DNA from: Bugula neritina
Lineage: Eukaryota > Animalia > Bryozoa
Assembly: GCA_964035545.1 (NCBI GenBank)
Contig: CAXIUT010000229.1
Span: forward strand, 1-48,714
Direction of reading: 5' to 3'
DNA: 48,714 nt
Shown: one piece after another, positions 25,605 through 36,584 of the stretch
Numbering within the stretch: position 1 is the stretch's first letter
Layout of the letters: the number at the start of each line of letters is the position of its first letter
Notes under the pieces: generated by a model
The model's input: the letters and a program-made list of their open reading frames with translations, nothing else
What the model was told of the DNA's origin: nothing
The model's database searches: none
Made by a program: the position numbers and the translations under genes

Positions 25605-27263
25605 TCAGGAAGGCCAGTTGACAGGTTGATCAACCATGGTGAAGATCCTACCGACTTATAACTTTCTGAGATCATGGCTCCAACTGAACAAGTAGAACAC
25701 AGTGAAATCGATTTCTTCGTAGAGGAAGGTTTAGCTTTGCAGAGAACTGAGGGTATTTTACAAAGAATCAATGAGAATTTATTGACTGACAAATATGTTT
25801 TTACAACTTTATCTTGAATTGAGGCCTTATTTGATTTAAAGTGACTGCTGAACTAGCCGTCCAAATTTGAAGAGGATGGGACCGATTTATAATCTTAGTT
25901 TTTAAGCTTGATCTTTTGAGAACACCTTGACTTATCCTATCAATTTGCTAAGAATAGATTTGATAATCGATGCTGATTGACTGGTATCCATATCTTCGAG
26001 GAAGTATCCATCTCCTGAATCCTAGACTGTATATCTAGCGACAAGTAGTGCTTAATTTTAGTTATCAAGACAAAAAGGATACTACTTCAATATGCTGGTA
26101 ACTTCTCTGATGGAATATTATTCATTCTATTTAAAGTAATCATTGATTTGTTTACGTGATATTTATCTTAAAGCTAGATTGTAGTTAAGATTTCCTCCGA
26201 TGTATTTGACTTGTTAGTAGTTAACTCTTTTTACTTATTTTTTCAGGTTGATAACAGTTTTTATCTAACTTAGTCGTTTGACTGATCCTTGACTGACTTT
26301 GATTCTTTATTAGTAATCTATTTTCATTTTAGATAGTTGCAGTTATAGGTTTTTGATTGCATTATTTTATTATTATTCCATGATTTTATATTTATTTTTC
26401 AGAGAGTCTAATTTTTTTATTTATTAATTTTTTTGATTTTGCAATTATTATAAATATGTCTTATTGCCTGCTATCCTCTGTTATTTCTTCCTTTTTTCTT
26501 CTTTGAAAACTTACTGTGCTCTCAGGTATTAATTCTACATCTATTTTATAGTTTTTAACTAACCTTTTTTTTTAGCCAATTCCTGCATCAACCCTTTAAC
26601 AGCCTTTTACTACTATTGATATATTTTCTATAATATTTACAATTTTACTTCTGCTTATAATATTTAGCTTTATTTTTATCGTATTTATTGTTCTGTCCAT
26701 ACTACTTATTTGATAGCTGATAGTTCATATGGTTATTTGAGTTAAATAGATTAGTTTGTTATATTTTATTTTTTAGCAAAGTTTATTATTTATTCTAGAC
26801 AATCGATTTAGCTTTGTTTTTGTCTGATAGTATCACTTTATGGACTGAGTATGATATCAGTGATGTTTTTTTATTTATTTTATATCTTGTTTTTTAGTTC
26901 ATATATTTTGTTATTTAATTTGAAAACTAACCAACTAAAATTATTCCCTTTATTTGATAGTTCTTTTGATTTCTACTCAACTATTCTCTCTACTGTAGAT
27001 ATCAAATTTTGTCTTTAGTGTTTTATCTATTACACTTTCTAACATTATTCTTTTAATTCTTTATTTTCTCTCATTAACTATTTATAATTTGTTGCCAATT
27101 CCAACGACTCTTCATACATTTTTTACTATATAATTATCAATCGTACTATATCTAACTTAGTTGTTGATGGTCTCTTCTTGCATAGGTTTTATATTGATTC
27201 AAAAGGTAGTGTCCCGTTATTACCTCGACGATACACTACGTTGCTTTTAGAATGAGTCTCCAT
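25605..27263 (-). CDS. Hypothetical coiled-coil protein
   Basis: ATG 27263, probable 21-nt intron near 27125-27145, long E/K/Q-rich frame; stop assigned at 25605. Confidence 0.55.
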
Positions 27264-27401
27264 GCTATTTTCTATTTCTATTTTTAAAATATAGATTAAT
27301 CCCAAAGAAGTAATAGTAGTAATATTCATGTTAGCAATAGTAGCAATAGTCATACGATGGTGATAGGGATGAATAGATTTGTATGATGATGCAGATCATG
27401 T

Positions 27402-27935
27402 TCATTTGCTGGCGAATTGAGCTACAATTCTGTAGAATTAATCGAAAGTAAAGCCTTCGTTGGTAGCTGTCTTTTGGTTAATGCTGGTGCTGTGCATCAT
27501 TTCCAATATGTCATCGTCGTTCATGCCTTCTTTCAAGTATTTGCACATATTTTTGAATTCTTAGAAGTCAATCACTCCGTTATCGTCCTTATCGAAATTC
27601 TTGAATACTCTTTTAAGTCCGTCTTTGGTCTTGCACTCTCCAACTGAACTGCCAACAATGTCGACAAATTCTTCAAAACCGATAGCTTTATGCTTATCTT
27701 TCAAGCCGTTGATGATGTTAAGCACGTAGGGATTTCTTCTGTCGAGACCTAACTCTTCGAGGACTTTGTTGATTTCTTCTGGGTCAATGGTTCCGCTTCC
27801 GTCTTCATCGAACACTTCGAAGGTTTGTTTAAGCTCATCGTAGTCTTCTGGGGCGAGACGGTCCTTCCAGGCTGATGAGGCTGGCTTGGAAATCTTGGCT
27901 GAACTGGTTGATGCCTTAGCTGCTGATCTACTCAT
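27402..27935 (-). CDS. Spasmin/centrin-like EF-hand calcium-binding protein, 177 aa
   Basis: EF loops DEDGSGTIDPEE and DKDDNGVIDFEE; the other two loops are degenerate; C-ending codon bias suggests high expression; frame reads through TAA to TGA at 27402. Confidence 0.88.
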
Positions 27936-28253
27936 AATATCCTATACAAAGCAATAATTTTTAATTAGAATAAACAGCACATATAGCTTCATCAAAATTT
28001 GACAGCGGAATTAAACCACCTCGAAATACCCCACCAACATCCCTACATTTAACTCCTCCTGTCATAGCTCAAAACAAACAACCTTTTCTTATCTCGAATG
28101 ATAACCTACTTTATCTGTTATTTTATCATAAACTTATAAGTTACCAATAAATAATCACAAAAACACAAAGAAAAAGGATTAGAAGAGCATATGAAATACA
28201 GCTAAAAGCAATTTAGGATTGATAGACTATCATTTGGTTGTTGTTTAGATAGA

Positions 28254-28640
28254 TCAGATAACATCGAAACGTTTATCTTTGATATAAATTCTAATCTTCT
28301 TAGCATACTATCCAATGCTATCTCTTATCTATTTCAATATAGCAGTAAAACTTTCGTCCTCAACAATCCCATTTTATTAATCAATCTCCTTGCCACATGC
28401 ACAAACTTTACATTTTTACAAAATCTACCTCTCCACAAGACACAGCCCCTAACAACTCTCAGATCTACAGGCATGCACCACCTGCCTACCACTATACTGG
28501 CATGACAATGATACATCCATCCACTCGATTTAACTGCCTGTGAGTTACTCGTATCTATTCAAATCTAACCACGTTACTACTAGCTAGGATATTTTTCGAG
28601 TGTTGGTGTTGTCAGGCGTTGGCAGATTGGCTTGATCCAT
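28254..28640 (-). CDS. Small protein with a divergent SP-RING (MIZ) zinc finger
   Basis: VSLSCQYSGRQVVHACRSESCEGLCL...CKVCACGKEID...EDESFTAIL follows the MIZ pattern; the frame stays open about 47 codons upstream, so the start is uncertain. Confidence 0.6.
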
Positions 28641-28813
28641 TTAGTTTTTTACTTAGATATATAAAGAGTCAAATAATATATATTGAATAGATGAAAGGGA
28701 AAGATGGGATGAAAGGGAAGGGTGTAGGAGTGGGTATATATTTAGGCGGTTTCTTATCAGAATTACTTAATAAATATTAATTCAAGGATTGGATAACTAT
28801 AAATATAATTTGA

Positions 28814-30898
28814 ATGAACAAGTAGGCGGTGTTATTGCTGGTAGATGTGGGTTCTTCTATGGACTAGCCATTCAACGACTCGTCTTCTCGGGCTAAGATA
28901 GCTTTGTAGTGTTGCAAGTTGACTCTCCAACAAAAAATATTCAACAATTCCAGTCATGAATTGGGATTGGTTATTTTTGGAGATAATGATTCTGATGATG
29001 GCAACAGCTTATACCTTCAAGAACTGAGTAAACCTAATATCTAGTTTGTCCGTAAGGTTTAAAAGCTAAGTCATGCTAACTTTGATAATATTTCCCAAGG
29101 AGGCGATATATTTAGTTGCATTAACTTTTCATTGACCACTATGAACGACCACTGCGGTAAGAAAAAGTATAATAAGAGGATGTTTATATTTACTAATGGA
29201 GCTGGAAAATCAGCATTTACTAAAGACTAGCTGCAAAGACTGGCTAGAAAAATCAAACAGCTTTAAATCAAACTTAACATCATCCCCATCGACTTCATGG
29301 TCACTTATAATGCAGAAAACAACGAACTTGACGGATAACACCTTTTGGATAAAAAACAATAAGATAATGCCCAAATGATTATGCACTTGAAGTCGTTGGC
29401 TGAGGATTATATTCAAATCTTTCCTGCTTCATTGGCTATTGAGTTGTACAAACGTTTTAGGAAAAGAGATACTAATCCTGTTGCCAAATTTAGGGGTAGT
29501 TTGTAGTTTGCCCCAGGATTGGATATCTAGGTTTGTTGCTACAAAGCTGTTCGCAGGTAAAAATTGAAATCATTAGCTAGATATGATACGTCTGTACCCT
29601 TTGATCCCATCATCCACAAAGAAAAATAAATCATCAACGAAACAAACTATGTTATTCAAGGCGACTAGACAGGAAAGCTAATCGACAAGGATAATATCAT
29701 TAATGCATATTATTATGGACCTCAATTGGTGCCGATTAGTCCTATACTGGAGGCAGGCAGTAAGGTTTTTTAGGACAAGAATTTAAGATTGTTAGGATTT
29801 GTGGAGAAAAGCAAAATACCTCGACATGCTTTTCTCAGCGAGATCGATATAGTGGTGCCATCTACAGATAATATTGTTGGTAGAAAATTATTCACTGCTT
29901 TTATCTATTCCATGTTATCACTTAATAAATATGCCTTGGCGAGATATGTTCCTAGAAATTACAAGAACGGAGTCACACCCAAAATGGTTGTCCTGATTCC
30001 TTATAGATCAACAGAAAAAGAAATGTTTTACTTGGTTTAGCTGCCCACTGTAGAAGACGTAAGACAGTACCCTTTTAACTCTATGAAACAGTCATCTGCA
30101 TAGCAAAAATAACTAGTTAAAAACTTGATTAGTAAGATGAGGATGGATTAAGGAGAAGAGTAAACAAAAGTAGAAAATACATTTAATCCACAAATACAGT
30201 ATTTTTATCAATCTATTTTTTATAGAGCTATTGGCAACAACTAAGATTTGCCTCCTCTTGATCCTGTTATTAAAAATTATATCGCCCCATAAAATAAAAA
30301 ATACTAAGCTTCTGCAGCTTTAATGCCAGATCTAAAGAAACAGTTCAAGCTAGTAAAGAAGAAGATCAAAGTAGACCCAAAGGAGAAACAAAAGGCTGTA
30401 ATTTGGAAAGATGTGCTTGAAGAATTAAGTCAACCGAAAGAAGAGGAGATGATGAAAGAAGAAGAGATTTAGCATGAATATGTAAAACCAGCACATAAAT
30501 TTGCTTTTGAGTAGTAAGAAGACGAAATGGGCTTTAATCCATCGAATCCAGTGATATCTTTCAAAAAGATGGTGGCCTTTAATAAAGAAGATCTTGTCTT
30601 AAAAGCTCTTAAAGAAATGGATAAGTATATCCTGAACAAGTTGGCCTTTTCTGTTACTGGAGAGGCTTTTCAACACTTGAGTTAGTGCGCACTAGCTTTG
30701 AGGAAGGCTTGTATCAGTGAGCAGGAGGAGAAGTTTTGGGATGATTGGTTTGTTGAGATGGGACGTAAGGAAAGTAACTTTTACAAACATATGAAATCTG
30801 AAGGCTTGGGACTTATTAGAGGAGGAAATGTAGAAGTGTTTAAAGCATAGGTATTGCACCATGAAGAAATTGATGACGCGTTGTTGGACCTTGATTGA
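28814..30898 (+). CDS. XRCC5: Ku80 DNA end-binding protein
   Basis: MNKEAVLLLVDVGSSM vWA start, AYYYGPQLVP, LRLLGF, ALARYV, LPTVEDVRQYPF, NTFNP, acidic tail EEIDDALLDLD; intronless, 695 codons. Confidence 0.92.
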
Positions 30899-31129
30899 TC
30901 ATTATCGTAAATCATACCTATTCTAGCATTGAATTAAATTTATATAACTAATTATAGCATAGTTCTATCGATCTATTCTATTTTAATAATAATAATCATT
31001 TATTTTTATTTTATTTGTTTTCAGTTTTTTCTAAAGACCAAAGACTGGTAGTTATTATATTAGTAAAGTCTATGTAGTATTATTAAATAGAATTAAAGAG
31101 AATAAAAGAGAATTAAACAAATGAATGCA

Positions 31130-32487
31130 TCAGAAATCATCATAGACATCCAAGGTCTGTCCATTTTATCTTTGATCATAATCGAAGAAAGCTTTGGCAT
31201 CGATGAGCATAGAGACTATAATATCTCCTTGTTGGCATTTGATCAGGTCACTGAGGGTAATAGCCATGGGTAGTTCTGGTTTTGCCATATCGAATATCTA
31301 ATCTTTGATATCTTAGACATTGAATCCACACTTTTCCATAGCTTATAATTTTTGAATAATAGAACGGAAAAACATATTAATGATAAAAGAATCGATTGCT
31401 CCTTTGTGATACACATCCAAAATACGCCAAAAATATTGAATTGCCTCGGGAGCTTTCTTATTGTCCATTGCTAAAACAAATTATAAAAACCCTTTATAGT
31501 TCATCTAGCCATTCACTGTAGGATACTCTTCAAATATACGATCGATCACTATTGTCGACAACCCTTTTGAATACTTAGAAAGGTCTTCTTTCTTAAGATA
31601 TCCATTCTTATCTAAATCTAGCTTATTGAATTTCTGAAATAGTCCGTGAGAGTAAGGAATGCTGAACCAATTTTGTCCTAGATCTTCCTCAGAATATCTT
31701 TATTGTCTCAATTCGTATAGTTCAGCTAGAATGGTGGACGTAAGCATGTCTTTGATGTATATTCTTCCAGTTCTTTTGGGATCAAGGAAAAAGAAGAACT
31801 TTCTTATGGCTGCCAAGATGTACTTATCTCTGAATCCTTAGTCCATATTTTTAAGATGAACAAAGGTGGGAATGAGTTCTGATATGTATTAATTCAAGTT
31901 GGTCTAAGTGAGATATCCATTTCCAGCTGTATCGTATAAGCTGATGTGTATTCTAGTTTGGAAGAGGTTGTTTTTTCTGACGATTGAGTGGAAAAAAGAT
32001 TGCATATCTATGCGTCCATATTAATCTCTATCGAATTTGAGGAAAGTTGATGCTGAAAAGAAGTGTCTGAACTTGAGAGGTAGTTTTGAAGCTACAGTGA
32101 GGAAAGAATTGTAGTTTAGACGTTACTTGTTGTCGTGGGGAGGCGAGATGTTTTCTTTCAGGAGTTGATGAAGTTGCTACAAATCTATATCTATGCATTT
32201 ATACCTTATTTGTCAAGAACTTATGAAGTTTTGTGCTTAAGGAAACGGTTTCTGGCCTATTGTCTCACCTTTGAACTGAGAGGATTTTAGGCTTGTTGGC
32301 TTTTTTGAAAAAATTTAGGAACTTTTTTGAAGCTAGGATCTGATTCCTCTTCTTTTTTTTTTGCTTCTTCGATGAAGTTGAGGAAGAGTCTATCTGTTTC
32401 GTCATCGATTTATTGAGCTGAGCGTTGAGGTTTAGTGTTGACATATTTTTTAAGAGTGTCTATCCAATCGATTTTCTTTCTTGACAT
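31130..32487 (-). CDS. PPP2R3C: PP2A regulatory subunit B'' gamma (PPP2R3C/FASS-like)
   Basis: FSASTFLKF, YDTAGNGYL, RKFFFFLDPKRTGRI, LDLDKNGYL, DVKDEIFDMAKP, LIDAKAF; intron 32185-32204; 446 codons. Confidence 0.88.
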
Positions 32488-32559
32488 TCAAATTACAACT
32501 ATAAATAAATAACTACCGAACTCAATAACTATCCTTTAATAAAAGATAATATTCTTATA

Positions 32560-33530
32560 TTCTAATTAATAAAATAAAAGATCATGTTAAACTTGAAGCA
32601 GTGGCCAGTATAGGTTATTTCTTTAACATTTCTCCCTACAATTCTTCTGCCTAATATATTTATCTTTATGGATTGGCTGTAGTTATTTAACCTTCAAGTG
32701 AATAACTAGACTTGATTGACTTATATTTTTTGGATGATTATTTTTAGCATATCAACTTAATGATTTCTTGAATAGAAGTAGACTGTTATTCAATAACAAA
32801 TAGTTTGATATCAATTTTATGATGTTTGAAATGATAATATTTACAAAGATTAATTTTGTTAATTTATTAGTTGATGGTGGGTAGTATTTAATCTAATAAC
32901 CATTTTAATATTTATTTATATTTTAATAGTAATTATATTTACTTTTTAAGTCTTTTTATATATTTTAGCAAAGATAGTCTTAAATATAAATAAAACCTGT
33001 TCTTTAAAGTCATGAATGTTTAGCTAAAAAACTAGAATGTTTATTTTTATTCATTTTTTTACATGAAGTATCGGCCCATTTTTATTAATTTTTTTGATAT
33101 TTATGAAAGTTCAATCAACAGCTTTACTAAATATGGTAGCTCTGTTATAAAACAATCAGAATCAACCTAACAACCTTTTATTGAACTGAATAGATCATAA
33201 GTCTAGCAACAGCGCTTTAATATTTGTCTATAAGGAAGTATGACCTAAGTAAATAACCAACTGGATGCCTTTTTGCTTTTTTATAAAAATTATAGTAAAA
33301 TATTGTCTACATTATCTTTATAAAGAAGTAAAGTAGTGACTACTCCCAATGTTCTTAGTTGTTTGCACTAGTCTAGCTCTGAAATGATGTATTTTCCTAG
33401 TTTATTCATCTCCTTGGTGGATGATAAGTGGTGTAGCAGTTGCGAAGGAGGTGATTTTGGATTGAATAGATGTCCTTTTTAGATTATCTTTGAGATGTAG
33501 GAGTTTGAGAACACCTCTAAGAAATAATTC
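32560..33530 (-). CDS. Hypothetical protein (boundaries uncertain)
   Basis: Long TGA-free, protein-like minus-strand frame over about 32900-33500; start, stop and introns not resolved. Confidence 0.35.
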
Positions 33531-33663
33531 ATTGTTTCTATAATTATAAGTATCAAATTAAAATATTTTAGAATTACTGATCAGATTAAAACTAACACAT
33601 TTAAAGATAATTCTATTTTGAAATAAATACTTTTTCCACTTATTTTTAATAATAATAATAACA

Positions 33664-35400
33664 ATGCTAAACTAAAATAATAACGTAACATATTTGACCA
33701 TATTCAACTCGCATTCAAAACAAACAATACCACTCTAACAGTAATTACTATAAAAATCGATATAATAATTTTTAGCTATTCTTAGAGATCTATTTGGACA
33801 ATCTCCATACATATAATTATACATGTATCCCAATTGGCCTGGTTCTAGTTTAAGTTTTATAGCTAATAAAGCTAAACTAAGGTAGATATATAAATAATTC
33901 AATTAAATTTGTGTCAATATGAGCAATATTCAATTTCTTTAGGAATGCTAATATCATAAAAAAGTATAACTTTATAACCAGGTTTACATTATAGTCCAGA
34001 GAGTTGATAAAGATAGATGTAGATAGGTATTTTATCATTAAACGATGAAAGTTAAAACTGATCTTAATATTTTGTTTATCAAAAATATGATTAGATATGG
34101 AAGGTTTTCCTTCATACTCTATCATCACTTCAGAATACCCATCAGTGCATTTGCTAACTAAGAAACCATCCAAAATTCACTTCTACGATTTTGCTACCCA
34201 GACAATCATCTTGTCATATAAATAACTGATACTGATGATTTAAAGCCATTTAAATCTGTTAAAAATCATACAATAGTTGATTCATCAAAATATCATACAC
34301 TTTAGTTGCCATAAGGAGGAGAGCATCTTGTTGTTAGTAAGCTGGCCAATTGGTCGGTGGTTAGCTAAGTATTAAGTCTTATCTTTTAGAGGTAGATGAA
34401 GGTAGGAGATAAAGAGGGCCATTTTTATTAAATATAAAACATAGATGAGAATCTAGATCTATCATCTTTGCAGTTGTTTTATAAAAAATCAAACAAAGAA
34501 GAAATATAAACTGTTCATGGTCTATTTATTGGTTCAACTTAAAACTATCTTCTTTTTCTTTCAGATTCTAGAATTGTTCACATCTATCAATCTCACTGGC
34601 CTTACTCTTTGCTCAATACTTCTTTATTGCCCTGTCCGTAATCCTAGTACTTGGACTAGTAGCTACCTATAATTCGATAAGACAAGTTGATAATGTACAA
34701 TGTAACAAAATCTTTGATAATACTAAAATATTTTAGTCTGCCTGAAGCTAGATTGCTCTATACTAAGCATTTCAAGTGGTATTCTTAGTTATATGGATTC
34801 ATAGATTGTCAGAGTTTGGATATGCTAATAGTTCATTTGAAAGATTTATATCTAAAACGAGTATTTTATATCTATGACCCTTAGAATTATATGGATCTTC
34901 CTGGTGGAACACAAGGAGGAAAAGTTTGGATATCAAAACACGGAAATAACAACTTTTCTGATGGATCTGGATTATTTGCTGCTTCTTTTACCTATCCTGT
35001 TAAACTAGTAATCTATAATTTAAAAAATAAAGAAACAATATTGACTGTTCCATTGATAAATCCATCATAACTAAGATTCAATTCAGTTGAAAAGAAAATA
35101 TTGATGGAAGTCGATGGCAAGTTTGTAGAGATAAATTATAAAGGTCAATAAGATAGTATCTAGTAAAATGCTCCAATCTATTTTTCTAAAGGATAAAAAA
35201 TAGATCTACTTCATACTGACTTAAAATATAAAAATAAAATAAATATCCATCGATTGACAGGATGCCTGATAAAACAAAATAATATATTCTTCTCTAAAGA
35301 TACAGTTAACCAGCAACACTCTGTTTCCTACATTTATAGTCTATAAAATAATAGTTAATCTAAGAAAATAGAATAATAAGAAGGGACTATCAAACATTGA
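33664..35400 (+). CDS. Hypothetical protein, possibly a beta-propeller
   Basis: ATG 33664, protein-like frame rich in short beta-type segments, TGA at 35398-35400; no motif recognised. Confidence 0.55.
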
Positions 35401-36411
35401 CCCATTGCTCCTACAAATGATTGTTCTCATACTTCTCTTCCTTCCATACTCTTCTCAGATTGTTCAACATGTACTCTCTCATCTTCTCTTAGTCTTTCTG
35501 CTAAAGCTCTTCTTCACTCAACTCAACTTGGCCCAGTAGATCTCCTTTCTATGTCTCGATATCCATTATGAAATGAATTTTTGATTCTGAAATGTAGTGA
35601 CGATAAATGCGGCCCATATTGTATGCAGATTTTGTGTACCATTTCTCTCCAAAGGGAACTTAGAGATCTACTTCTTGATTTTTATCAATTTTTTTAGAAG
35701 ATATTGGTGATTCAACTGCATATTTGGCTTTTCTTTTGAGGAATGGTTTGATTTCTTCTTCATCTGTTCTTTTGTATTTTTTTGACTTAGAATTAGAAAC
35801 TTTGACTACTTGAGGACTATACTTTTGCTCTTTTGGCTCTCCTTTACGTTTTCTTCCTCTTGTCTCATGCTTGCTTGAATAACTTTCCTCAAATTGAAAA
35901 TTATGTTATTTTGTCTCTCCTTTCCGTTTTCTTCCTCTTGTTTCATGCTTGCCCGAATAACTTTCTTCAAACTAAAAATTTTACTATTTTGACTCTCCTT
36001 TCCGTTTTCTTCCTCTAGTTTCGTGCTTGCTTGAATAGCTTTCTTCGAATTGGACAGTTTGGCATTGAGGAGTGGAAGAGATAACAACATAATCGATTTC
36101 TTCTTCTTCTTAGTTTTTGGATTTGACTAATTTGACTTCATCTTATTTTGGTTTGCTTTTTCCTTTTTTTTTGTTGAATTCTTTATTGAAAGCATCGAGA
36201 AGCTCATCGAGACATTAGAGATTACTTTCTGGTTCCCATGTATAGTCTTTAGGACTTGGGAAAAGTTTCCATTTAACCAAGTACTCAAATTGACCTCTTT
36301 TTCCATTTCTCTACATAATAAAAGAGTTACTCGATCCATGATCCTTTAAACTTCATACAATTCTTCATTTTCAAGATCTTCGTACTTATTGACTTTAGCT
36401 TTTTTGGGCAT
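35390..36411 (-). CDS. HP1-like chromodomain protein with three AT-hook-like repeats
   Basis: YEVERIMDRR...EYLVKWK...TWEPESNL; intron 36309-36328; three 78-bp repeats encoding HETRGRKRKGE; 334 codons. Confidence 0.88.
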
Positions 36412-36509
36412 TATTATTGACTAATTGAGTATATATAATTATATCAATGATAAACGATATGTTTTTATTTATAAGTCATAAATAAATGGTTGATATATTG
36501 ACTTTTAAA

Positions 36510-36584
36510 GGGGTTGGGGTTGGGGTTGGGGTTGGGGTTGGGGTTGGGGTTGGGGTTGGGGTTGGGGTTGGGGTTGGGGTTGGG
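36510..36584 (+). repeat. Internal telomeric tract 2, (GGGGTT)n
   Basis: 75 nt of perfect repeat, ends TTGGG. Confidence 0.97.
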
